A program made the position numbers and the translations under genes. Shown one piece after another: positions 23,731 through 36,064 of a stretch of DNA of 64,000 nucleotides. This stretch comes from Microbotryum violaceum (lineage: Eukaryota). Position 1 is the stretch's first letter. Every line of letters starts with the position of its first letter. The DNA lies in the NCBI GenBank assembly GCA_001244265.2, contig CDLV01000007.1, positions 1,798,001 through 1,862,000 on the forward strand, in the 5' to 3' direction. A model generated the notes under the pieces. That model was not told the origin of the DNA. It did no database searches and was given only the letters and a program-made list of their open reading frames with translations.

Positions 23731-25492
23731 TCAAGCCTTGCCAATACAAAAAGTCCACCCATTCTTCTTCCAATACCCGTCCTCCTCCCACCCATCCAAC
23801 CTTGGCCACCCGCCACTCCACCTGTTTCTCACTGGTTCCCACTCCACCTTGACCATTTCCCTTCCCAACCCCATCTCCTTACCAAAAATCTCATTCAGAT
23901 CGTCTGTTGATTCTTCCTCTGTCTGAGCGGTGAAGAGGATGGGGGTCCCGGCTTGGAATAGGCTTTGGAGTGCGGGTTTGTGGTAATCTGGTGAGGTAGG
24001 ATCGAGGAGGGATTGGGAAAGGGTTGAATTGAGAGAGATAGCCAAAGTGGGGATCGACTCATTCAGAGCGGGCCAAGACCCTTGGTGGTGGGTGATGGAA
24101 CGCGTTCGACCGCTTTTCGTACATGCTGGGCAGAGGGGTAAGGGCACTGTTCGAGGTTTGGGAGGAGCAGCTCCACTGGGTGGTGAGAGAGAATGGGCGA
24201 CCAGTTCAAGATGGTGAAGCGAGGGGAGAATATGTTGTAGTTCTTCAAAAGCGGGTAGGATGGAGGAAAGGGTTTGGTGCGTCTCCTCGAGAAAGATGAG
24301 CCTTAGCGACGAAGCCGAGTCGATCGTCGAGGTGGGGAAGAGACGACGCAGGGAGGCCAATATGGTGAACACGGGAGAGAGAGCTTCGACGAAAACGCCG
24401 TACACTTCTGCTTGGGTCGAACGGGGTGGTGGCTCGACGGTCGAGAGATACTCGGGCCAGTTGGCTGGCAAGGCTGCTGGTTTGTTAAGGATTCGGGTCG
24501 GGACCCAGAGCGAAGGTGGGCTGCCTTCCCCTCCGACAGCGATGGCATGTCGGAGGTAGAATTCATCGATTTCGTTGGAAAGCTGGAACGTCTCGCACTG
24601 TGCATATATGAAGGCGATCCTGTCAATGTGGGGGTTGGGCTCGACAGAATCCGCCGTGGCAGAGACTGACCTGGGTTTTCCCGTCGTCACCCTTGATTTG
24701 GAGATGTTGTTCTTTGGTCTCCTTCTCGTGCCATTCAGAGCACCAAGGCATAATCCGACACTTGGAGCACACCCGCCAGCTGTCACCTTCATGCTCAGAG
24801 TCCCTGCCTTCGACATCGGCTTCTCGATCCCCTATGCGAGAGAGAAGCGGGGGTTTCCAGGACATGAGCTCGGACCTCAGCCAGTGACGAAGAAACAAAT
24901 CTCCCGGCTGACAGCATACAGCACATCGCGGCTCCCTCCATAGTAGTTTCGACTCGAGCATCGTCGGCTGACGTTTGAGTGCAGCGGCCATCAACTCGTC
25001 CTCCAGAGCGAAGTGAGCCCGGTGGGTCTGTCGTCGATCCGAAATGGAACTGTGGCAAACGGGGAACGATAAACACCAGATCAGACTTAAGCACAAGTCA
25101 TCGGAATACGAGATGAATACTCCTTGAACAGACTGACGAGAGTTGATAAATGGGTGGTAGGGTAGCCTGGGGTCGCTTGCGCATCGCACCGAATGCCCGA
25201 CAGAACGACTTGTGGTCAGGCCACTCCTTGAAGGAGCATTCCTTGGAACAGAATCTACAGTCAAGCAGTGGTGCATGGGTCAGCTTACTACCATTGGGCT
25301 GCCTGCGGCATGCTAGCCATGACCAGCCGTGTATGCCGGCTTGGTTCTCTGAGGGGTGGAGTGCTGTCGAACGTACTTTACTCGTTTGCAGCCCGAGCAG
25401 CGCGACAGAGGGGAGGTATTGGGAGGGGCTTGGTAGCAGCCCAAGCATGCTGTAGCAGCGAATGCCACGTTGGGTACCGGTGCAAGATCCAT
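23731..25492 (-). CDS. MYND zinc-finger protein with MSS51/ZMYND15-like C-terminal domain (multi-exon)
   Basis: CLGC..RCSGCKRVK-FCSKEC..EWPDHKSFC, a second degenerate finger, and a C-terminal ..PILFTAQTEEES..RNRWSG..YWKKNGW. Confidence 0.8.
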
Positions 25493-25709
25493 CGCTTGTT
25501 TGCACGTGGAATGGAGCCGAAGAGGTCAAAAGTGGGGGGTTGGTTCGACCATTTCCATTTCCACGATCGATGGCTGGTCCAGATCTGTCCAAATTTGCCC
25601 AAATATCGTCGCGGTCACCGGCCGGTCACAGGTCACCCCCCACCGTGTTGTCGTTCACCCCCACACCGTACGCTTCCGCACTTCGCTTACTCCTGCGTGA
25701 CCGTCCACC

Positions 25710-26783
25710 ATGGCGCGTCAAAGGAACGACAATCAACTCGCCTTGCTACAAAGCTCAGTCCGCATGCTGCAACTCGTGCAACGCGTCTCGGCCGGCATCT
25801 TCTCGACGTTCCTGATCGTCCACCTCTCCGCCCCCGTGATCGCGGCCATCACCATCACGGGCGATGCCGAACAGCAAGCCTCGGGCTTCATGCTCGTCGG
25901 ACGCGAGTGGTACCAGGGAGGAGGATACAAGAAGGAAGGCGTCATTGTCTGGTCCAGCGTGGCCGTACACGTCCTCTCGGGCATAGCTGCTAGGGCGGTC
26001 AAGAATGCCGAGAGGAAGGAGAGGAGAAAGAAGAGGAAGGCCGGGGTCGAACTGGCTGCACAAAGATACCAAGGTGAGCACGTTCAAGCCGATATTGACG
26101 GGCACTTACTCAGCCGTTGCTATCTTTGATTTGGAATCACAGCCCTCGGCGTAAACAGCCACGTTCCGACGATTGCTTCGTCCTCGGCAACCACGACAGA
26201 CGACTTTGACCCTGATCGGCTGGACGACGAAAACGTCAAAGTCGACCTGTCGACAACCGGAAAGGAGCGAGCTGAGAAGGCTGCGATCCCCGTATCGTCG
26301 GCTCTTCCGGCCCCTCAGCACCTAGCAGGCTACCTGCTTCTCCCGTTTGCGATTCACCACTCGATTTTGCATCGTATCCTTCCCCTCAAGCACAACCTCA
26401 CTCCTTTCTTTTCTTATTCGTTCGTCGGCTACTCGTTGTCGCAATCGGCGCCACTACTTCGAGCGATCTCGGTGGTTGGCTACGTCGGAGTCGCAGGCTT
26501 AGGGGTGTACCACGCTCTGGCCGGGATCAGGGTTATGGCGGACCCGACGGCGCCGGGATCGTTGCGACCGCAGTCCCGCGCACGGTCTGATCCAGAAGAT
26601 GGGGAAGGCTGGGCTGTGGCTCATCCGGGTAGGAGAGCTTGGCAAATCGCATACGTCGCGATCGTCACGACGATCGGGGCGGGGGTGGCTCGGATCGCCC
26701 TGTCAACGAGTGGGGCGGGCAAGGTGCCTGTATGGTTGATGGGCAAGTACGACCGAGTGCTGCAACAAGGTGCTGGCATGTAG
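25710..26783 (+). CDS. Mitochondrial adapter MCP1/DUF1691-family membrane protein (one intron)
   Basis: QRVSAGIFSTFLIVHL..FMLVGREWYQ..VHVLSG; QHLAGYLLLPFAIHHSILHR..FSYSFVGY..YHALAG. Confidence 0.8.
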
Positions 26784-27263
26784 AAATGCATTCATGCGAA
26801 TACCATAAAGGAGCTTTGTAAGGATTACCGGGAAACTCACTACATGATCGCATCGATTTTGGATTTGCGGGTAGCCGCGGCCATGGCCGAAAAGCGGAAA
26901 GATTCTGACTTTCGGGGTGAGCGATATTCATCAGGCGTCGTACCACATGTTTCCGTGGTTCACTTGATCGAGAGACATCGAAACGGCCCCTTAGGCGAGT
27001 GCACTGCTTCTGTTCGCGGCTTGATAGATACACGGCGCTTTTGGGCCCGATCACGGTTCGGATTGGCCAAACGGGTTAGTCCGCTCAAATCCGGGCCGTC
27101 GCAGCCGAGTCAACGCCTGTCCTCGCCTGTCAACGTTCGTTCGGACTTGGCCCTCCGTCCGCGTGGTGTCGCTCCTCTTCTGCCGTGCACTTGTTCATCG
27201 CTTGCCACCCACCCTCACTTGCGGCCACACTCCATCACACGCCTTACCCGTCTATTCACAACG

Positions 27264-29549
27264 ATGGTCAGAGAAGTAAGTCCGTGACCTCCTTCAGTGA
27301 GAGCACCACCTCTTCAGCCTTGGACCGGCCTTCGCCGGCTTGCCTTCTGGGTGGAGCCTCGGCAATCCGTCGTGGGCGTACACGTGCACACCACCAGCCA
27401 CATTTTGAGAACTACTGATGAAGCAGTACGAGGATCACCCGAGGCTGACACACGTTGCTCACCCCACCCGATGGGTTCGAACAGACCAAGCTATCGTTGA
27501 CGCTCGACGAGGCCCTCGCTCACCTCACCACCTCCGAAGCCGGCGCCCCTTCCACGTCAACGTCCTCGACCGCGACCAAAGGCAACTGTCTCCCCATATC
27601 GGCCAGGCTACCTGCTGACACCCTCACCCCCGTCATCGCGTACCTGCGGCTCACCAATGGCGCTAGGTCCGGTGAGAGCTTCCTGATGGAGTCGGTCGTC
27701 AGGGGTGAGACCGGTGGTCGTTGGAGTTATGTCGGTGCGAGTGAGTAATCCTTATTTCGCGGTCGGTCCGAGATAAGCCATATCGAGTTCTTGTATCTGA
27801 ACGATGCTTGCTCCCCACCCCTCCCCACCACCAGACCCCAAAAAGGTGCTTCGTACAGGAGCCAACTTTGAGTTGCAGGGTGATCCCCTCAAGCACCTCG
27901 AGAAGGATCTCGCGGACTACTCATTCATCAACGTCCCCGGTGCACCTCCATTGACGGGTCAGTATTTTACGTTGCTCTGCCCCTCTGTTCCCCAATGGGC
28001 GGTTGGACGAAGCCCGTGCTCGCCGAAAAACCGCTCCCAGGCTGACCGAACTCTCCACCCCCGTCCGCATTAGGTGGCATGTTTGGCTACGTCTCATACG
28101 ACTGCATCCACTACTTTGAACCCAAGACCGCTCGCGAGCTGTCGGACCCGCTCGGCATCCCCGAATCCGTCTTCCTTCTCGCTGACACGCTGATCGCGTT
28201 CGATCACCTCTTCCAACACGTCTACATCGTTTCCCACGTCTACGTGCCCCCTTCCACGCCTTCCGAACAGGTCGAGAACACAATCAAGACCTCGTATGCG
28301 AAAGCCAAGAACCAGATCGAGGGCATTGTCGCGCTCGTCTTTGCCACCGACTCGCCTTTGCCCATGCCCGCTCAACCCAAGATCACGATCCCGGCCAAGG
28401 AAGCCGTTAGCAATGTCGGCAAGGCTGGATACGAAGGCTTTGTCACGAGTCTCAAGACCAACATCGTCCAAGGTGACATCATCCAGGCCGTGCCGAGTCA
28501 GAGATTACGTCGCGAGACCGATCTGCACCCCTTCAACGTTTACAGGTCCGTCTTGCGAATGTGGTTCATGTTCAAGGAGGAAAAATCTGACATTCGGGTC
28601 GAATCCCTCCACGTCGAGCAGGCATCTCCGAGGTTTGAATCCTTCCCCGTACATGTTCTACGTCGACTGCGGTAACGAGCTGTGCCTTGTCGGTGCCAGT
28701 CCCGAGTGCCTCTGTAAGGTCGAAAAGAACGTTGTCACGAATCACGCCATCGCCGGGACCGTGCGACGTGGCAAGAGTGCAGAGGGTGGGTAGCTTTGCA
28801 AAGTAGTCAATCCAGTTGGCGCCATGACTGATCGCTTGACGATGACAATTCGCAGAGGACGAGATCTTGGCCGCCGAGCTGCAGGGCTCGCTCAAGGACC
28901 GGGCCGAACACGTTATGCTCGTCGACCTCGCTCGCAACGACGTCAACCGCGTGTGCCGACCCGAGACGGTCAAGGTCGACAGTCTGATGCAGGTCGAAAA
29001 GTTCTCCCATGTCATGCATCTCACCAGTCAGGTCTCGGGCAAGCTGCGAGACGGGCTGACTCGGTACGTTGCTTCGTTTTGCTCGGGTGTCTTTATCGAA
29101 GCACACTCGCTGATGTCGAGTTCCGCGCGCCCATCGTCTAGATTTGACGCCTTCCGTTCCATCTTCCCTGCTGGTACTGTTTCTGGTGCGCCCAAGATCC
29201 GTGCGATCCAACTCGTCGGTGAACTCGAACAAGAACGAAGAGGCGTGTACGCCGGTGCGATTGGCCACTTTGATTTTGCGAGCGATTCAATGGACACGTG
29301 CATTGCGATTCGTACGATGACCTTCTTCAAAGGTGTCGCTTACCTCCAAGCTGGGGGAGGTATCGTCTTTGATTCGGTCGAGGAAGATGAGTACGTCGAG
29401 ACTATCAACAAACTTGCTTCTAACGTCAAGTGCTTGAGCGAAGCTGAGGGTGAGCAGAATGTTTGCGACGGTGACGCATCTGGACAAGTTCTGACGCGTA
29501 TGCCTGAGGATCTCTCACAGCTTATCATGCATCGTTGCAAGAGGAGTAG
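27264..29549 (+). CDS. TRP2: Anthranilate synthase component I (multi-exon)
   Basis: [95 protein letters not shown] and [18 protein letters not shown]. Confidence 0.97.
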
Positions 29550-29804
29550 AGAGGTGGATGGCTGAGCATCGTTTCATGTCTATGGAGGGACTGTGCCAGG
29601 GGGTCGTGCATTTTGCAATTTGGAGTTTTAGAAATGGATACGATCGTTGCTTTCTCTTTGCAACTACAGGTTTTGCTATTACATCTGTCAAGAAGAAAAT
29701 TGTGTGCTTTATGTACTGCCAACACGGAAAGATGGTTGTGACTATGCATACAAAATACCTTGCATCGTAGAGCTGGACCGTAAGCCTGCTGCGCCTCCAC
29801 CCCC

Positions 29805-30512
29805 TTACGCTTGAGTGACCATGCAAACGATGATGACGATTGCGAGCGATCCTACAACACTCGTTCCCAGAAGGCACCAAGCGCACCTCTTGGCCCACAA
29901 CAATTCTTCCTCACGAAACGAGCGCATACATTCGCGCACCGAATTGACTCCCGCCGAACCATCTTGCACGACTCCTTGGACCCCTGCGTCTCTGGCACCG
30001 ACGTTGCTTTCGATCGACGCCAGCCATTTCTTCTCTGGGTTCTCGGGTCGCCAGATATGCACCATTCCGAGCGCCCAAGCGATGAAGGGGGGTACGAGAC
30101 CGAAGTAGAAGAGACGCTCGGCTCGAGTGCGAGGCGTTTCGCTGTAAGTCGGTGGGGGAGCTTGCTGGTCTTTGGAAGACCCGAGGGTGAGGGTGTGGTC
30201 TTGGGAATCGAGGGAGTCGCATGTTGGGTAAGGCGGATGGAAGCTAATGGGGTACACAGGGGATCGTGGTTCGTATTTAGGGAGACGGGTCATCGTTGCG
30301 GCGGATGTAGCCCCGAAAGACGTGTTGGGGTCGAAATTGTCGGTCGCGTGAGCAGGCTCAACGCCGCACGGGTTGGACGAGGTCGTCGCTGATTGAACCG
30401 GGAGACTCTCTTGCATCCCGCTTCCGCCGGGTGTTGCGTTCGTGGTGGTGGTAGAGGTTTGGATCGTCACTTGGACTGTAGAGGCCGAGTTTCGCTTTTG
30501 GAGGTACGTCAT
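29805..30512 (-). CDS. Hypothetical membrane protein (235 aa; PPxY motifs, hydrophobic segments)
   Basis: Single ATG-started ORF with LPKY/PPPTY motifs and LFYFGLVPPFIAWALG..EEELLWAKRCAW plus a C-terminal TM helix. Confidence 0.7.
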   Translation of the reverse strand: MTYLQKRNSASTVQVTIQTSTTTTNATPGGSGMQESLPVQSATTSSNPCGVEPAHATDNFDPNTSFGATSAATMTRLPKYEPRSPVYPISFHPPYPTCDSLDSQDHTLTLGSSKDQQAPPPTYSETPRTRAERLFYFGLVPPFIAWALGMVHIWRPENPEKKWLASIESNVGARDAGVQGVVQDGSAGVNSVRECMRSFREEELLWAKRCAWCLLGTSVVGSLAIVIIVCMVTQA

Positions 30513-31326
30513 TGGGACCAGGCAATCGAGAGGCGCCAGAGGGGGCTTGAGGGCGGAAATGGAAGCGTAAGCTACGACGAAGTGGGGGTGAGAAGACGAG
30601 ACCTCGGGGAGCGACTTGAAGGAACCTTGCAGTGAGATGTGGATGAGAGAAAGGAAAGAAAGAGAAAGGCCAGTGACTTCCGGTGATGTCTCTCATTTCA
30701 ACGTAGCCTCCTTCACTTCATCATCATGTCGAGCTGGTGCGAGCGGATAAGCCTCGTAGCCGAGAGGGGTTCCAACGACGATGATGAGTGGGTGATGGGG
30801 TGGCGAGTCTGGCGCGCGGCGACGGATGACGCGCTGACAGGCGCCGGCGCCGGTCGCGCAGTGTGGGGCGCACGGTGCTGCCAGTATTTGATCGAAGCAA
30901 GAAAAGTTATTGGAGACGTCACATACTCCTATCACTGGGCGGTATTCTTGGACTTTACTTCAACACATCAGAGTGATCTCCCTCCACTGCCCCCAGGGTG
31001 CTTAGCAGGACTGGGTGAAACGAAACTTCGTCCGGTGACTCGGAAGATCGCCTTCGTATGGAGTCACTATTGTGATTCGATTTACTCCTTTCAGTGGCCA
31101 CAGCAAATTTACTTAAAGTGGTGGGAAAATGATAGCTGCTACCGATTCCCAAGATACAGCCTCGAAGCACTAGTGGCTTCGCTGGGGCCTCTGACCGGTC
31201 TGTAAGGAGCTCAGATTACTCAGCAGCGGCGTAAGTAAAGGCGGGTTCCTCGGTAGTGCTCTCGATGTCGCGTGACGAATAGACAGTTCCAAAACCAGTC
31301 GATTGTCAAGTTTGAGTCAAGAGTGG

Positions 31327-34300
31327 CACTGAGGGCCTTTTTGGCCTGGTAATTCCAGGCGCCTGGAAATACCAGGGGCTTGGGTAATACCCCTCGTGAA
31401 GTGGTAATACCCGCGCGGCTGGTGTTTCCAGCCGCGCGGGTATTACCACTTCACGAGGGGTATTACCCAAGCCGCTGGTATTTCTGTCGGTTGGGTATTA
31501 ACCTTCTCAGCTGGTATTTCCACCCGAAAAGTCTCAATAGGGGCTCTTGTGCGGAGCACGACCGAGCGCAATTAGCATTAGGTTTTTTGTAATGGGTGTC
31601 ACCTTCGTAGTACTAATGCTCGTATTCGAATTTACTAATACTTACACTCGAATTTACTGATACTTGTATTCGAATTTACTAATGCTCATATCCGGCTTGT
31701 AGTTGTTCAATGCAGGGTTTTCTACTGTATTATGATATAGGTACACTACAAAGCAGCAAATTGAGTGTCCACGTCCGTCACAGGCTCCTCCCATTTGTCT
31801 GGATTGTCAGATTGATCAAGATCTAAACCGCCCGAAGCTCCGGCTGCCGCTCCTCTTGCCCGTTTCTTATACCCTTTAGTCGGCTCTAATTATTCTTCCT
31901 CCTCTTCCTCTACCCGAGACTGCTCTTCCTCGCTTTCTTCTCTGCGGCGGACCCGCCTGGTGATGGTGTTCTGGCTAATGCGAGAAGATTGTTTAGCGTT
32001 TGCCTCCTTCGTCGATTTAACTGACCCGGGCCTCTTGTTCAATCGAGAATAGTGACTAACCTTCAGAGCGATCCTACGCCTAGCTCGTTGCGCAATCTTG
32101 TGATGTCCGCCCTGGAAAGCCGTCCCATAATTCCCGCCAACCGACAGGCCTCACGGTCGTACTGCAGTCTATACGCGGCTCAGGACATTCGCCAACGCAT
32201 CAATAACAAGTTCCTCCAGAGCCAGTCGCCCGATGTGACCCTTGTGAAAGCCGTGCGCTCACGAATCTGAAAGACGATGACGAGTGAGTGCCCGAGCAAG
32301 CGCACGCTCCGTACAAGACTGGCAGGTTCCACGCAACTCACATATTTGACGATATCTCGTTGTTTTGCAGGTCCAAGACGTCCCCACACAGTAGTGTTGC
32401 TTTGCGCTTTGGCTTGAATGAGCTTGAACGCGTCCTTGAGGTTGAACTCCTTAGGCGTGTGGTAGTCTGGAGTCCACATGCCGACCATAAAGGTTGATGG
32501 GGTCAGGTGTGGTGATTCCTGCCTTTACTAGTGCATCCCGTACAACCGACTGGTCGAAGGACATCACACAGATGGTGAGCACTGAGGAGTCAGATCGACG
32601 AGATGGCATCGCGCCCCGATCGTTGAGCCGCCGGTACTCACGCGAACCCAATTATAGTATACTCACGCAGACTTATAGAACCCTTGTCTTTTCAACGTAT
32701 TTTCTGGCTGGAAGAAACAAGAAGACAGGTAGCCGCAGTGGGCCGATGGTGAAGGACGGCGGCGGGGTTGAAAAAGAACACGTCAGCAAATTCCCTCAAC
32801 TGTGGCGGTGCAGACGCAGACCGCGAAGATTTCAGCTCTCTGTACACACGTGGGCGTCATTCATGCGGTGGTTCGTTCTCCTTGTCCATCCTTGTTGTAC
32901 GTCTTGCCGTGGTTGGCGATGTTCGTGTCATGGTAGGAAGACGTAGGCGGGGAGGGTTGAGCTTCGACGTGGGCACAAGTGGATCGAAGGCGAAAGAAGG
33001 AAAGAAGCGCGCGGACGCATGGCGCCATTCTTCAGCGCACATAATCAAATCTGCCTAATCGCTGCTCGTATTGCGCATTACTGTAGCCCTAATGTCCCGG
33101 ATGGCCTGCCGGACTTAGCGTCGTTCGTTGCTCTTCAGTCTCACGTCTCACGGTAATTAACCAATCGATTGCGCCACCATGACACGCAACCAGTCTTCTC
33201 GCCTATGCCATTGTTCGTTGTGCAATGATGCAATGGTATCAAGAGCGACACTAGTTCTACCGCCACAAACGCCTACAACCTGTTGACTCTGCCAGAGCCG
33301 ACGCAACTGCTATCCTCGAGTTCTCGCGGCAGCCATCGGAACCTCCAACGTTGCTTGCTCCTGAGGCCCAATCGTTCCAGCCCCCTTTACCAACTCCTGG
33401 TTGGTTTGCAAGTCGCTCGCCACCACAATCAGCCACAAACGAAGCGGAATATGGAGTGCCCACCAGTCCCAAGGGTCCCTACTCTCCTCAAGGAGATCAC
33501 GAGTCCGAGCGAGCTACTTCGGTCGGGGGATCAATGGGGAGGACCAAGCGCTAGGATTGGACGAAGAAGATTTTCGCGAGACACAACAGTTTGACGCGGC
33601 ATTTGATTGGGGAATGGTGTCTCCTGACCTGGAATACGAGGACCGCTCCAGCTCTAGTAGCTCGCTCCCATTCAACGACGACGACGACGGCGACGACTCA
33701 CGTACAAACGCTAATTTGTGCCTCTCACTCCACAGACTTTCCTGGTAGGGAAGATCAGGTCTCTTAATCTAAGTCGATTGGAAGCCGTCGACGCTATCGA
33801 GCGAACTCCGGTGGCCAAGCCAGCGCAAAGGCGGCAAAAAAGAAAGGCGGCTTTTGTTGTCAGTGCGCAGAGGCACCAAAACTTGTTTTTCACTCGAGGT
33901 CAAGGAACTCTGGGAGCGATCGAGATTATAGATCTGCGCTGCATCTTAGGCTCAGCTGGTCGCATCTATCGGAGGGTGGGTCGAGACTCGAGAGGAGCCT
34001 CGCGAGTATATTTTTGACCGATTGGAGGACGAAGCTCGGCCCAATTTCTTGAACTTGTAATCCAATCCCAGCTATTTTCCATCTGCTAGGCTAGAAGTCA
34101 TTTGGCTCATGCTGAGACAGCTGAGAGTAGCGGTATGACTAGGATCTAGATCCAGTATATAAGTGGACAATACCATACCTGGCTGGGAAAACCACCGGGC
34201 GAGGGTAATAATGGTGCCGGCTGGTATTACCACGCGCCTGGGCAGAATCTCCTTCGGCCTGGGCGATATCACCTCGCGACCTGGAAATACCCAGGCGTCT

Positions 34301-34594
34301 GGGTAATACCCGACGGCCTGGTATTCCCAAGTGACGGCTGGAATTACCACGCGCTTGGGTAAAATCAGTGCGCGCGTGGAAATAACACCCTGCGCCCTGG
34401 AAATACCCAGGCGCGTGGTAAAACCAGGACCGTGGTAAAACCAGGCGCCCTGGAAATACCAGGCTGTCGGGTATTACCCAAGCGCGCTTTTGTAAATACC
34501 AGACGAGACCTCGGGTATTCCCCTCATTAATGAAGTCTATCAAATAAATAAATAAACCGAGGGTGGAATTCCCCGCTCTCTAGGGCCCTCAGTG
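31327..34594. mobile_element. Non-autonomous CACTA/CMC-EnSpm element (CACTG termini), 3-bp TSD
   Basis: TIR CACTGAGGGCC; TSD TGG (31324-31326 and 34595-34597); dense subterminal GG(T/A)A(A/T)TACC repeats at ~31345-31520 and ~34185-34520; internal ORF remnants. Confidence 0.92.
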
Positions 34595-34857
34595 TGGGGG
34601 TCCAGTGCAGGATGAGAAAAGAGGAAAAGAGAGAAGAGAGCTACGGATCGCTATTTAAGGAGATCTGGCGAAATGAAAGGGAGAGATGTAAACAATGTGG
34701 TTCTTTGTGGTGACCTAGGACAACCCCTGAAGCTCGTTAGAGCTGAATGTTTCGTTTCGAAAAATGGGGGTTCTCAGCCTCGAAAATGGTGCACTTCTGA
34801 GATTTTATTGGACGAAATGGCCGAAATACCCTGCACGCGCGTGGCTGTTGAAGTCCC

Positions 34858-35008
34858 ATAGGAGAGCCCGATTTCAGCGCCGATTGGTGCGAACAATGCT
34901 ACCCCGGATAGGAGGACCCTGCCTAAGAGCGCAATAGGGGAGCCCAATTTCAGCGCCGATCGGTTTGAACAAGGCTCCCCCGGATAGGAAGACCCCGGCT
35001 AAGCGCGC
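34858..35008. repeat. Two diverged tandem copies of a ~75-bp unit
   Basis: ATAGG(A/G)GAGCCC(G/A)ATTTCAGCGCCGAT..GAACAA..CCCCGGATAGGA.GACCC occurs twice. Confidence 0.75.
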
Positions 35009-36064
35009 CGATCATTATGTACTGCATTGTTCTAACTTGGACCGAGTTTCCTCGCATCTCTAAGACAGGCTATCATACAACCGCCGTCATGTCACTGCTT
35101 TCTGATTTTGTACATCTCCGCACCATCGAGGTCAGCCCACTGCAGTGCACAACGCTCGAATTTCGGCTACGTGTTAAGCCTCGCGTCCACCACTAGCGAC
35201 AGCCAATCCTCCCGCCGCATCAATCAAGCGCAGTATGTGTATTCCGGTCCGCTCTTACGCAACAGTCCAGTGTCAGCACTCGATGATGTGGTTGTCAAAT
35301 GCAGTCTTGGGCAGCTCGTGTACAGCAGCATCAACTTCAGCATGGATCTCTTGAAGGAGCTTTTTCGCAAGGTGCGGGTGTCAAGGTTGATCCTCCTCAT
35401 CAAGGCCGATGTCAGTGGTACGGTCGAGGCTCGGGCGCACCACGTGGAAGGATACTCCAGGAGGAATCCGCTTGCGAAAGAGCTATCCCTACAAGCGCTC
35501 CTTTGGCCGTGCGATCCCAACTGTAATGCTTGTTCAAATGGGTATGTTTTCAGAAGACAACAAGCCGCGAGTCCCGTGACTCCGCCACGTCGTCATTGCT
35601 TCTCCGACCACAGAGCATACGCATCAAAACCTGTTGACGTGCTTTGAGCCTGACTGAATAAGGAAGTCCAGAAGAATCGCGAGGACGTCTCAGCGACTGA
35701 CTCTAAAGAAACGCTGCACAGACGTCCACCGCTGCCTCCCGAACCCGCACAAGAAGATCTCGGTAAAGTGACAGCGCATTTTGCGCCAGCATCCGATCAG
35801 TTCAAGACCGAGAACCGTTCTGAATGGAATGAATACTCGTTCCCGTCTCTTCTGCTGCCTGATGTGTTCCGAGAGAGTGTTCGGGCATAACGTACGATGG
35901 GTCATCAGCAACTTTGCCACTTGGCTAAATGCCACTAAATAAATCCCGAGCCGCTAAACCGCTAAAGTGCGCAAAATGGCACAAAATGGCACGCAAATTG
36001 GCACTGTTTGATGAACTTGGCAAAGTTTGTTAAAGTTGACACTTCAATTTTGGGGGCGGTGCCG

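Noticed and set aside
19163-30512. Secondary-metabolite cluster or bacterial HGT around TRP2
   Set aside because: The genes are intron-rich and functionally unrelated housekeeping types, with no backbone synthase or tailoring enzymes.
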